From: Octopus vulgaris
Taxonomy: Eukaryota
Reading direction: 5' to 3'
DNA: 64,000 nucleotides
Assembly: GCA_951406725.2 (NCBI GenBank)
Contig: OX597814.1
Location: 198,028,001 to 198,092,000 of the forward strand
Position 1 is the first letter of the stretch; each line of letters begins with the position of its first letter. Shown piece by piece: positions 25,601-38,966 of the stretch. The notes below the pieces were generated by a model. The model saw nothing but the letters and a program-made list of their open reading frames with translations, ran no database searches and was not told where the DNA came from. The translations under genes and the position numbers were made by a program.

Positions 25601-28600
25601 TGGGTCAGGAGTGGGAGGGCCCAGAAGGTGTCTGTGTCTGCTCACAACTACGTAGGCACCTAAAGCAATTAGCAAAAGCAAAGTACATACTACCAAGTCA
25701 CACTCATTTACGAGTGACAGCTTTGCTGCTGGTTTAGATGTGTGGAAGTTTATACATGCGTGTGCTTATATGAGTACATTGATATGTGTATATTTATGTG
25801 TATATGTGTATACACACTTCCATACATACATGCACACATGCATGTGTTTATGAAGGAAGAAAATAGATCTCGATTCCTAAAGGGACAAAATTATTAAATT
25901 TTTATATGATTGGCTGAATGTAACTGAATCAGTCACTACTATAATACACTGAAAAATCTGTTTTTGCATTATTATATTTGGTAATTGAATGCTTATAATT
26001 CAGGCATTCATTTTAGGAAGGGAAAAAAAAATTAGCATTTATAGAAGAAATGTTTTTCTTTCAAAAACAAATTCAAGTCACATCTCAAAGTTACTCTTTC
26101 TATTCCTTGAATAGCAATATATAATTTTGAATTACAAGAAAATATGTTAACCCAACAAAGAACATTAGGCTGCAATGAATACTTAATCCAATACTGCTAA
26201 TATATTAAAAAAAAAATCAAGTGTTTAAAACCAACAGTAAATGCTGAATAACATACAATACTATCAGAATTAAAATGGCAGTTTACTCTTGGAAAATCTA
26301 AGATTCCAGGTAGTTTACTTAACAAATTTATAGTTAGCCTCCAAAGTGGTCTAACCATTCTTTGCAAATTTATAAATATCAATAATTTTGTACACACTAA
26401 ATATTAACAGTTGAGCTCACGGGTTCATAGCTTTTAAAACACAAAACAAGCCTGACTCAGAAATTCACTTTCCAATCATGGAGTTTCATGTTCAGTGAGG
26501 CACAAGGCTGTAAAACTGGTAGAATGGAAACCCAAAGAAGCCTGTTCTTATATGTGTATACATGTCTGTGTACATTTGCATGTATGAGTTAGTATATATT
26601 TTGTTTGTCTTCACGTGAGTTCACTGGATGTAAACAATGGCCTTGCTAATGGTGTTTGCCAGAAATCCACTGCAAAAGCAGGTCTGGGCTCGAGATATAT
26701 GATGTTAGTAAACAAAAAGCTCATTCCAGTTCCCCATGTAAACATGTTCATGTTGACTGTTGATAGATTGGGAGATAATTAACTCATTTGGCAAAAGATG
26801 GGGTTAGTGTCAGGAAGGGGCACCTACCACCACCACCACCACCTCTGCCCAACATACTTTTTGTGTCACCCATGCAAGTGTGGAGAAGTAAACGTTGAAA
26901 TAACCATCATCATTTAACGTCCGTTGTCCATGCAGCATGGGTTGGATGGCTTGACCAGGTTGGCATGCTGGGAGACTGCACCAGACTCCAGTCTAATTTG
27001 GCATGGGTTTTCTACAGCTGGATGCCCTTCCTAATGTCAACTACTCTGAGAGTGTAATGGGTGCCTTTACATGCCACTGGCACGGGTGCCATTTGCATGA
27101 TACCGGAGTGCTTTTATGTGACGCTGGCACAAGCCAGTGATGATGAAAACAAGTTGTATCTAACCCCAACTAATGAAAGTTTACATGATAAAGCAACTTC
27201 CAGAATAAACTCAGCAATACTTTGCATTCAATTTTACTTTATGAATCTATGTCAATGAATCTATTCCTTTTAATTGCAAAACTTCAGTGGTTGAAATTCT
27301 TATGCAATTAACTGAACACACAAAGTAATGATCAGTCATACAAAACTGTAGTTACATTTACACATGTATCATTATCTGCTTTCCATGCTAGCATAGGTCA
27401 GACAGTTTGACAGGATTCAAGTCAGAGGACCATGTTGTGCTCCAATGCCTTAGTTTTGGCATGGTTTCTACAGCTGGATGCTCTTCCTAGTAACACTTTA
27501 CAGAGTACACAGGGGGATTTTTACATGGAACCAGCATTATTAGCAGGATTGACTTGACTTGACTTAAGACAGCATTCACCCGGGGTGGGTTGAGCTGGCC
27601 TCATCCATCCTCAATGCTGCATCTCTCACAAATGCCGACCAGGCCTGGCGATTGCCTTGTAACTTGCAAGACTGAAGTGTCCCCACAACAAAGGCAAATA
27701 AGAGTGATGATTTAAGATGAAATAGGGATTATATAAAACAAAAATAAAACATTACTCAAAAGTATGTTTTATTTTTTATCTTTTTTTCTTTTACGAGAAA
27801 AATCCCAGTTTAAAGCTGCACGAAACGAAATCTGTTTTATCGGTTAGAAAATTAACACAGACCAACTTCTTGTTCTTCAAATAATACATATGATCCATCT
27901 CCCAATCATTTCTGCTAATGAGAAGCAAAAATTATTAATGTTTTCTGAAGGAATTATGTTGTTTTCATTAATTCGAGCATCCATTTCCTTGTACAGATCT
28001 TAACAAGTGACAAGACTTGTAGTTTGCACAAGAATGGCACTTCAAATGTTACTGGTATCCAGTTGACAAATTCTGTGATCTGTGACTATACAATTTCTAA
28101 CTGCTGCCAATTCATATAATTCCACAATGGCATAAAACTGTTAAAATGTTCAGCTGTTTTCTTCTAAGAACTTTCTCATAATTGACAGAACAAGAGATGG
28201 GTAATACTAAGTCATCAACATCATACTTTTTCATCTTGTATCATCATCCTCATCATCATTTCATTCATGACTGAAGTAACCAGTTCTTCATCTGCTAGAA
28301 TATTGCGATACTCTATATCATTATCTTAACCTACATACACCTCAATCAGTTCTTGTCACCATCATGTGTAGGGAAAGGATGCCACATCTACAGATTTAAA
28401 ACCAGCTGTAGATGTGATGGATATCTACAGCTGTAAAAACTAGCTTTCTGGGACAAAGACGAAAAAAAAAACGTTCAGTTATCTTTTGATTAGATGAATC
28501 ACACCCAATCATGTGATGTTTTTGGTGAGCTAGTTATGGCTGAATTATTGATGTGGTGTTTGATGGCAGCGACAGTTTAATTTCACATTTACAACATCTG

Positions 28601-31523
28601 AGTAGGTACATTGTAAGTATATGTATCAACAAGCAATACAGCTTCTCTATTCTTCAGGGTCACCTCTTTCAAATTCTCAGTCATGTTTTATGTCTCCAGT
28701 CAATTTTGCTAGTTATATAAGATCACAAGATATAAATTAAACAGGATGTGAATTCTTCACTTTTTTATTTCTTCTTTTGTCACTTCCTGCTCTGTTGCAA
28801 GCTTCCTCAACTAAACGCCCATCAAATCTCAGACAATACCAGTTAAGCCCAGTAATCAGCAGTATTTAGGCTTCTGTCTTCTCATAATGAAGCTTCTTGA
28901 ATCCAATGTAATATCTTTTTCATCAGAACCATCTGTTCGTAAGATTCAATGATCTAAATCTTTGACATTCTAGCAGAACTGGTGCTGATAATTACTCTGG
29001 ACCTGACCTTAGTAACCTGTTAAGGATAATCACTGCATTACACTAGAATCTTTTCCACATCATCTTTTCTTTTTACATGTTGCTGCTATTACTTTCTTCA
29101 AGGACAATCTGGATAATTGGGAATGCTTATGAGTTACTGCTATGTATAATCCAATCTTGAATGCCACTCACTGTGGATGTAGGCATAGCTGGGTTTACAA
29201 GTTTGTTTCACAATGAGAAGCTAAAACCACTGCGTCTTTGGTCAAGCCATGCTAATGAACCTGAATAAATATAATCAATGGAAGCCCATCACATGTACTG
29301 GACACATGATTTGAAAGGGTCAGCTTTGTTACTACGCCACACTGATTCTGTCTAAGGTTTATGTTAAAGGTTGTCCGAAAAAAAAAAATCAGCCATTAAC
29401 ACCTATAGCTTGACAAATAGACAGTTCAGTCAATGAAACACCTGGATTACTTATCGTTGAAACTGATGGAAGACTTTTACCTTTGTCTTTACTAATAAAT
29501 GACTATGGTTTGTAAACCTATCCATAGACCTTATAAGGACCAGAAGCCAACACATACTCCAAACTTATTCATGCTGTTAACCTTGAAACAACCTACCTGA
29601 AGTCAGACCTGGTTCTATCATACAAAACCTCTAATTTTAAAGTGTATTTAAATTAAAACATCCCAACCTATTCTTATGTAAGAATCTTTTCTGATGTTAA
29701 ATTTCAAATACCAACCAAATCAATAATGACAAAGTTATTTTAGTAAATGCCATCAAATTCTTGATTACTTTCAGACAGTCTGTTTTATAAAAAATAAGGC
29801 TATGAAAGGATTGAGTGCATTACTCTAAACGACAAAAACTGTTTACATTCAACTTACTTCCAGCAAGTCCAAGCTATTTTTTTCTTGATATGAATATATC
29901 AACCATTTGATTTATCCCTTATGAGGCTTTTCACATCCCTTTGCTGCTCTTCAATTACTAAATTTAGCCATGTTCATACGTCCCAACAATGACATGTGGC
30001 TTAAAAGATACGCAATAGGTTAAACCATAGGCTAATGTAATTTATGACAAAAACAAAATGCCATCTCTTCACTGCCTGATTCAAAACCACCTTTCTATAA
30101 TTCATTGAAATAGTCTAACTAGAATAAATCAGACATCAGTTGAATAAGACATAAACATGAAGTAGTATTGTGTATTAGTATTATTTTAACATGGAAGCTT
30201 CCAGAACAACTTCCTTCATATCAAATCAAATAGACATTCTATGTTATGCTACTCTTACCAAATGATTTTTTTTCATTCACAAATCGAAAAGAAAAATCTT
30301 ATGTAATTAACTGAAATTTACTTTATTTGCATATGCAATTAACCAGTCAATTTTTACATTGTGATTTCATAAGTTATGCAATTAAACACAATCAACTGTA
30401 ATTGGATTATAAATCTAAAACATTTTGATCAGAGAGTTGTCACTGTTGTTTAATTCCAAGTCAGCCCTAACAGATCTATGATCAGAAATATTTGAGGAAA
30501 GACAGTCCCAATTTTTTTGTACATCTAGGACTCCATTCTCTATTGCGTTCTTTTTTTAAAGACAGCAAGATGTGATTTGAGAGAAACTAGTTGCTATTTC
30601 TAGCAGCTCAGACAACTAGCAAGTTTTAGCCTCGTCATTTTGTTTTCTTTTATAAAACGTTTTGCTTCGTTTGCTCAATTTAGTCACTACGTGTGGGTGT
30701 GTGCATAGAATGGGATCAAACTCCCAAAAGCATCCGTGTAAAATTTCAACACCCGTTTAATATGCCACAGACAAACCGTCTTGACCATAGTTTAATAGAG
30801 TAAAAATATTGAAGCTGATCACATGTAGTGATTAGCAAACAAGCTAAATCATTTTTCGAAATCTGACAGCCCAGAAATATTTACACATGTTACTTGCATT
30901 GTAGAGTTAAAAGAACTGTTACTTTTGTCCACATCATTTACTAGATGTATGTACAATATTAAACTATACACACAATTTCAGAGTTTGTAAAACATTTAAT
31001 GATTTAACAAAAACTTAAATTATTAATGAGATTTTTTTTTTTTGTGCTTTGAACTAAAGCAGGAAAAAAATTTCTTAGTCATATTTTTTTTTTATCAAAC
31101 TTTGATTAAAACTACCTCAATTGTTGAAAAATAAATTGCAGCCCAATGAGTTAATATATTTTCTTTTTTTAAGAGCTCATGATTGTAAAAGCCAGTTTTC
31201 CTAACATCAGCTGTAATATTGCTATTACAATATATTGTTGTTATAAATAATTACAATAAAAATTTCCTTAGAAAATAGAAATTTTAATTTATTTACATGC
31301 TTCAAAGTATATCTAAAACTCAATCTGTTATGATAATAAACATTTCGCTTGAAAAAAAAAAAAAAAAATGAACATATAAGGAAGAAAGAGGTATGAAAGA
31401 ATAAATTTGATATGATATAAAATATCGTGAATGGTCATTTGTGAAGAGCAAAGGCCAGAAGGAATGTCAAATAAACTCAGTATCCAAGCAGACCTAATAT
31501 CTACAAAGGAGAAGAATACTTAC

Positions 31524-31653
31524 GAACTAGAACTGGAACGAGATTGCGATCTTGAAGAACTTGAGCTTAGAGAACGTGACCAGCTTCCTTTTCTTTTCTT
31601 TTTATCAGATTTTGGACACGTTTCTTCAGCCCGATCTTTTCTTTTCTTTTCGT
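31524..31653 (-). CDS. ACIN1: Acinus-like gene, coding exon C (130 nt, phase 1 to 2): DEKKRKDRAEETCPKSDKKKRKGSWSRSLSSSSSRSQSRSSSS
   Basis: Acceptor tatttttatttcttag|, donor TC|gtaagta. Basic NLS-like stretch and start of the RS region; phases match both neighbours. Confidence 0.85.
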
Positions 31654-33049
31654 CTAAGAAATAAAAATAAACAAGTTTCCATCAACTTCTGGGAAGTCAT
31701 AAGGTTAGGAAAACAATAACTTTGTCGTATTTTCTAACCAAATAGCAAAAGAAAAAAATTTTAAGTTTTGGAGTGTAAACTATATAAATAAAATTTTAAA
31801 TGTAATGTTATAAACAATACTGGCATATGTACATCATTCATCATCAAAAATAAGAAAATCTATTCTAAGACCCTAATACAAAAACCATCTAAATTACATT
31901 GATTTTCAGGGAACTTATGTACATTTTGGGACTCTGTGGGTCTTTAATTCTACTGCCAACAGAATCAACAATAAATATAAATATAATGTAAACAGAGAAA
32001 CACATACACCAATAAACACATTCAATATACACATAGCATTGGCCAAAGATCCAACAAATTTCTAATTAATTGTAGAGCACTGTCAGCAAATAAATGCTTT
32101 CAACAGACAAATTAAAATGAAATGTAGCACGAGGGTCATATATATCTGGATAAAAATTGGCAACCTGGCTAGTCTTTTATATCACATGCACAGTTCATCT
32201 GACAAGCATTCATACTGTTTCTGTTAACCCAATTTCAAATTCAAGAATTTGGTTGACATGGGACAACAGCAAAAGACATTAGCTCAAGATGCTACACAGG
32301 GAAATCGAAAGATTTTGATAGCAAAATGAATTTCTTCATCACACTTGCATATTTATATGCAGACCCAAAACAAATGAGTGTGTAAATAATGGAAAAAAAA
32401 CTCATGGATGTGTAATGTTAGCCAGCACAAAAGAACTGGAAGTAAAAAACTTACTGTAAAAGGAATAAGCTATGGCATGCAAAATAGAAACCTGCACTAG
32501 TTACGTGTATGAAGGAGGGCAATGGGGCACACAGGTGCAAGCAATCAAATATGAAAAGATCCTAGGAAAGAAATTCATGAACTGTTTGATTTTTTGCTTA
32601 CATAAACATAACCAGTAATGGAGAAAGGGGACCCTTAGTCTTGTCTTGCATGTGTCAGATAATATTCAATGAGGCAGATTTTCTATAGCCTGATGCTCTT
32701 ATCACCACCTCTCACCTCTTTCCAAGCAAGGTTGCTCCTAATCTTTTGACCACAGCAGCACAATGCCCAGGATTGTGTTCATGAAAGATTGCAAATAAAT
32801 GAGACCACTTGTATGATGGTTATATTCACTTAATGTCAAAGCAAGGAAATATGAATATACAGAGGTGAACATGATGGGCTTCTTGCAGCATCTATCTCCC
32901 AAATCTACGCCATGCAGTGGGATAGAATCCAAGATCACATGATTGCAAAGCACATTTCTTAACCATGTAGCTAGGCATGCACCTCTATAAATACGTATAT
33001 AATGCTGGGGGGAAAGAAAAAAAAGAAAGGAGAAGAAGAGAAAAGAGAT

Positions 33050-34160
33050 GCAATGCAGTTTGGTCTTGTGCCAGGGAGGACTATTACTGATGCCATTTTC
33101 CTAGCCAGACAACTTCAGAAGTATCTCACCAGGAATAAATCTCCATAACTAGCATTTGTTGACCTAGAAAAGGTTTTTGACAGGATTCCTCATTGTGATC
33201 TGGTGGTCACTAAGGGAGTTTGGAGTAAATAAACAGCTGGTCAGAGATGTACAAGCCATGTACAGAAGCATAGTCAGCAGGGTGAGAGTAACATGTATGG
33301 TGAGGGTCCAACAGGACTCAGTCCTCAGATCCCTTCTGTTTCGTTTAGTCTTCCAAACCACATCAGACTTTGAGACTGACTACTTATGGGAGTTCCCTTA
33401 TGTTGAAAACTTAGTTCTTATAGCTATAGCTGAATTCTAGACAGGAAAACAAAACTTAAAATTGAGAGGCCTCCAAGTGAGTTTAAAAATGACTAAGCTA
33501 TAAAGAGGAAGGAAGACTGGACCAGACAACCTTCAGGAAAATGGCCATGTTTGATATTTAGAAAAGGAGTATGTAGGAATTTCATATGATGCACCCAGTA
33601 TAAACTATGGATGCAAAAGAGGATCAGTGGGATTCATAAGCAGACTAACAGAGAAGGTAAACTTCACATGTGGCAGGTACACAGGGTCAGTAAGTACTTA
33701 GAGCACATGTGAAATAGTCTCCCTTCAATGCCCATTGCAGCTCTACGAGTAGTTGATAGCTTCTATTAGTTAGGGAACCTAATTAGCAGTAGGGTGGGTG
33801 TTCAGAAAGCATAGTACGCAGAATAAGGACTGATTGGAAAATGGTTAGGAAGCTATTGTCTCTGCTGGCAACAAAGGGCTTTTCCTTCAGAGAAAAGAGA
33901 CTGAATGCTGCCTGCTTGTGAAGCTTGATGCTACATGGTTATAAGAGGCCCGGGAACACATGATTAACAAAGTCTAAAAAAGGAATGGAACAAACATGTT
34001 CTGATGAATGTGTAATACTGGAGTGCACATACAATCAAGCACAAATAAATCGAAAGAAGAACTGAACACAAAAGGAGTCAAATACAATGCAAGAGAGATG
34101 ATTTAATATGGACATGTGATATACACGAAGGACAGCTGTATAAATGCTGCATGCTCAACA
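33050..34160 (+). mobile_element. Decayed RTE-clade LINE reverse-transcriptase fragment
   Basis: QFGLVPGRTITDAIFLARQLQ, AFVDLEKVFDRIP, VQQDSVLRSLLF (from GVHQGSVLSPLLF) and PYVENLVL (degenerate YADD), with stops and frameshifts. Confidence 0.85.
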
Positions 34161-34202
34161 TAACTGGAACCTGTGGAACCATGCCTATATCAAACAAGCT
34201 TT

Positions 34203-34608
34203 GGATCTTTTCACTTTGACCGACAGAGGGAAATTAAAACTGCATATGTTGTGAACTTACAATAGGAGTTTATTAATAAAAGTTGAATAACGATAATCTT
34301 TTATTCATACGAACGTAACTGATATGAAATATGTCATAAATAACAGTGAAAAATTGATATGACACCACCAGAAAATGTTGTTGACAAAATACGGCAGAAA
34401 TTGTATTCACCTCAATAGACGTCAGTGATTGGTTGAAATTGCCGAAATGCAAGAAATTAAACAACAAATAGCTTACAAACTACAGAATTTTCTCAAGAAA
34501 GCCAAGAGAAAAAGATGTTTTATGTAACACACTACCAGTATACGAAGTTTAAGTGTTTAGTTACAAAGTAATTATTTTTAAAATATGCCGGTCAAAGTTA
34601 AAAAATCC
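34203..34608. mobile_element. Related MITE in opposite orientation, 8-bp TSD
   Basis: TIRs ggatcttttcactttgaccg / cggtcaaagttaaaaaatcc; exact TSD CAAGCTTT. 34420-34580 is the reverse complement of 4745-4910. Confidence 0.85.
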
Positions 34609-36747
34609 CAAGCTTTTTCCTTCATACCCTTACTTTCATCTTTCCACTTCTCAATCCTAATGCACTATGCCACCAGTGAGACAAAGGATGGCAGTGAATG
34701 CCTTGTATTCACCTATATTGCTTCCAGTGTAACAAGATGCCACTGGATATATATCTAACACCCACATCAACACTCCACCTGCCTCCCCTTTCTCATCTTC
34801 ACCATTCTAGTATTTTAACCATCTTGAGACATATACATAACAAACCTAATCCAATATACATGTAACCCATACACTACCTATACTCCCTCGCTGGTCATTT
34901 GGTATCAATGTCTATCACTTATTCTGACAGTTATGTTGAGATTGGGCTAAAAATGGAATGTGTGAGCATTTGAGTTCAACCCTGACTCAAACTAACTACT
35001 TAAACTTGTACCAACACGGAAAATGAATGGATTGTAATGAAGATTATATTTTGCTGCTGCCATGAGTTGTGCAGGGTTTTTTTTTTTTCTCTGAGGCAGC
35101 ATCTTACAGCCAGAGATTCTTCCTATCTTCAATTGCTTGCAGCTACTTTGCAGGACGTACAGGAAAGCAGTGCACCTATTCTAAAAGCAGAATTCAAACA
35201 TACATCATCCTTACTGAAATAATTTCTGAACAAATTCAAAGAAATCCTATTAACCCTCTTGTTACCATATTTATTTTGAGATGCTCTGGGTTTCTTTCAA
35301 TTAATTTTAAATATAACAAAGAGTTTAGTAAAATAACTGAGTCATTATAAAGCTACTGTTAGTAACATAAATTGTGACTAAGGTTTGGTGCAAGATTTTA
35401 ATTCAAAACTTATGGAAACAAAACATTTGTGCTACAGAGCCAGAGGTGGTTTCAGCCAGGTTGAGAACATTATCAATTTTTCACAACCATTATCATTTTG
35501 ACTAAGACATGAATATTAACAACTTCTGCATTTTTCAATTTTTCACAACATTTTTCAATTTTTCACAAGACATGAAATTTAACAACTATATTTTAAGAGA
35601 ATAATATCAATTGAATCATACAAAACCACAACTGAATTTTGGATATGAAACATGCTGATTAATAAAGTGAGAGTCATTCTACATAGAGCTAACATATATC
35701 TAAAAGGGAAAAAAATGCTTTAACAATTCAGCAATCAGAAAGATATTGTTGCAATTTTCAGAGAATGTTATGAAATCAATTATTCTTCTGTAGAAATCAA
35801 TTATTTCCATTGATCTGCAGCAACTCTAACCAGAATTAGGGTTGCAATCGTGACTGATGAGTCAGTTGAATGATTAGATCTAAAATATATACTATTGATA
35901 CAATAATTACACAGAGACCAAAGCAATTTATTCAAACATGTGGATACCTAAACTGTAACATTACAATAATTTAATGAACAGACAGTTTTTTTCTTCATTA
36001 TACTAAATACCATTAATGAAACTATTTCGTAACAATCTCAACTGTAGACAACTTGTATTTTTTTTTTAATGAAATTACGACTGGTATCTAACACTCAGAA
36101 TAATTTTGCTAAAATACGTATTCTGGTAGCAATAAAATAGTCTTCCTTTGACCCCAAAAAAATTACTTATGCATCATGAATCTTTTTATTTAGTCATGTT
36201 ATAAAAAAAAATAATGAAGGGAAGTAACCATGCAACGTTGACAATTTAAAAAAGGAGAGGTCATCCAAAACTTCATATTTTTTTTATTATATATTTTAAC
36301 TTTTTGTAGCTGTTTCACTATACTGCTAACATTGCTTTCTCTTCTTCCTCAGACTAACATATTTTTTTTTAAATCATTACAAAGCTTCTGACAGCAAGTA
36401 GATTTTTTTTTATAAATTGTTAGTAAATTCCAGGATTTTTAATGAAATGTTACAAAGGAACAACTCTAAATACTTTATGTTGGTTCAACTCGACATGAGT
36501 TAAATACCAACTGACAATGACAAACTATAAACAATAGGATACTTAACAAATTACATGTTCATACCGTAAGTAAAACTTTGAAAATTATAAAACTACTTCA
36601 TATAAATAATCTTAAACTGACAAGAGTCAGGCAGCATTTACCAAATATGGAGATTTTATTTCACACTTGATTCAAGAGAACACCCACAAAACAAACAGAT
36701 CATCTTGATAAGAAGCAAGAAAACTTCAATGTTCTGGATATACTCTT

Positions 36748-36962
36748 GGTCATTTAGCATTCTGATTACTCTGTCAAATGTAATGCTTATTTATTCACAC
36801 CATTTTCAATTAATCATAGCTTTGAGATTTCAATGATGTGATTCTATATTTCTAGAATGACATTGTAGGCTTGGTGTAAGAGGTTGGATCTGGTTGATTT
36901 GAACGAAAAACAGGTAGAATAATTGTACTGGATATGGCCAGTTTAAATGCTAAAAGGGTAAA
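36748..36962. mobile_element. piggyBac-type MITE family B (also ~61915-62525 and ~63265-63880)
   Basis: Shared body tcaaatgtaatgcttatttattcac...ggccagtttaaatgctaaaggg. Absent from the paralogous position (~38575) of the duplicated segment. Confidence 0.7.
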
Positions 36963-38413
36963 CAGTGTGTATAATTCTAAATCCAGTTAGCATGTGTACC
37001 TAGAAATCTCTGGGCCTAAACAAAGGAGTATCAAATTAAATTAAACACCATGAATGAATTTATTTAATTGAATCATACAACCCCTGGACTGAATTTTAGA
37101 TAGTGAAATCCACAAACTAAAAAAGAATTATTAGTCATATCACACAAAGCTGACATATGCCTCAAGGTGAAAATGTTTAAAATTCTAGCATTTTGCTAAA
37201 CAACATTCAGTGTTTACAAAGACTGGTTTCTGTGAAATTATTTTCTATTCCATTGATTTGTAATACCTTCCTTCAATTAATGTGATTCTCTTAATCATCA
37301 GAAGCTGGAGTTGCAATCATTCACTAAAGAGCCATATGGTTAATTAGACCATATTTGTATAAATATTGTACATATCTCAATATACCCACTTCACTGATAA
37401 ATGAACAAGTGCCTGTTTTTCCTGACTTATGGATTCTTAGATGATAAAATGACTTTGAAGTCAAAAATTTCATAGAAGGACAATTTACTCGTTAAATTCA
37501 AAAGAAAAAAAAATTATGAAAAACCATGCCCTCAGCCAACTTTTGTTATTTTTTTGGTTCCCAGCACAGGCATTAACCACTTCAGTCTTCAATGCCATCA
37601 ATAATGGACAGAACACTCAACTGAGTCAGGGAGTGAAATTTAAATTCACAGATATAAGAAAACAGCCAACAATGACTTCAACTTATAGTGACCCCAACAG
37701 ATTATAATTGTGTAATGAGTGACATTGCTTTTTTTTCTTAAAATTAATGCTAATTTTCTATTTCATAATCTGGACTGGTTTTAGTTCAAATCAACCAATG
37801 TAACTCTTGTTTTGATAGTAACCTCACTTGTGTTAGCATTTTCCAAGATACAAACCTTAGCAAGAACAGCTAAAGAAATAATTCAAAATAGTTAACTCCC
37901 GGCCAGGAAAATCACTTTTGCATTGCAAGTCCAGTTATAAATTTTGTCATTAAATCAAATTTAAAGAAAAAAACTAACTGAGGGGAAGTAACTACGTAAC
38001 AGTGACAATTTATATCAAAAAGGTCATCCAAACTATATTTTTTGTATCTTTATCCAGTTCTCTATACACTATAATTTTAGCTGATTTGAAGAACCTAAAC
38101 AACTACTTTGTCTCTTTCTTCAGATGAGTGAAATAAAAAGAATGAAACATATCAGCATTGTATGGCTTCATACAGAAAGAGACATTTTTATTTTGATCAG
38201 CAGGAATTTCAAATGAAATGTTGCAAAAAGAACAGCTCTGAACACCTTGCAATGTTACTAAAACTCCAGATGTTGCTTTTCAATTTTATTACTTTAATTT
38301 GACAAATACTATCAAAAAAAAAGTCAAGACCATCAAGCTAAATCAAAAGATACACACAATAAAATATTTACACTATAACTAAAAAATGTTTTAATTATAA
38401 AACTACTTGATGT

Positions 38414-38546
38414 AAATGTACTCAAATATAAGAAACTACCTGACAAGAGTAGTCAGGTAGTATTTCTCAAAACTTGAGATTTTATTTTACACACCTGACT
38501 CAAGATAATACCCACAAAGTGAACAGTTCATCTTGATAAGAGGCAA
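38414..38546 (-). ncRNA. Candidate intronic structured RNA (hairpin-ANANNA-hairpin-ACA; H/ACA-like or pre-miRNA-like)
   Basis: Two hairpins folded by hand, G-U supported on the minus strand; hinge AAAATA; ACA 3 nt from the proposed end; 133 nt. Pseudouridylation pockets are atypical. Confidence 0.3.
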
Positions 38547-38712
38547 GAAGAAGCTTCAATGTTCAGGGCAAACTCTTAAAAAGTGTGTAAATAGCAAATC
38601 CATAAACGTGAGGGTATAATATAGTAAACAACAAACTAAAGTTGAAAATGATGCTGGAAAATCCTGGCCCTCACCAACAGGTATCCTAGTTGCAAAATAC
38701 TTTTAGCTTAAC

Positions 38713-38966
38713 CAGTGGTTCTCAACTAGGGTCCCATATGACCCTTGGGGGTTCACATAAGATTTTGTTGCTGAAGTTTATGTGCAATAAACTGATTATA
38801 CTTCTACAATACACAATATTTTTTTTTATTTTTTTATACATAATAATATTTAATTATAAAAATACTTAAGATTCTTTTTAAATATTGAATGGCTATGGAG
38901 GGGGGTCCAATAAAGCAAAATAGAAATCAAAGGGGTCCAATAGGGAAAAAATGGTTAGGAAACACT
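38713..38966. mobile_element. hAT/Charlie-type MITE (related copies at 19465-19690 and ~54889-56073)
   Basis: Termini cagtggttctcaac ... ttaggaaacactg; internal cataagattttgttg shared with the 19465-19690 copy. Confidence 0.7.

Larger units (their letters stand above)
35600..38690. repeat. Old, diverged head-to-tail tandem duplication (~35600-37035 and ~37060-38690)
   Basis: Collinear shared blocks: aattgaatcatacaa..ctgaatttt, tccattgat, gttgcaatc, gggaagtaac..gacaattt..ggtcatccaaaac, aatgaaatgtt, ttataaaactact..ctgacaagagt..cccacaaa..tcatcttgataaga..cttcaatgttc. Confidence 0.85.

Noticed and set aside
27800-28700. Possible Tigger/pogo transposase remnant (ILADEELVTSV-like, minus strand)
   Set aside because: Short, interrupted similarity with no identifiable TIRs.
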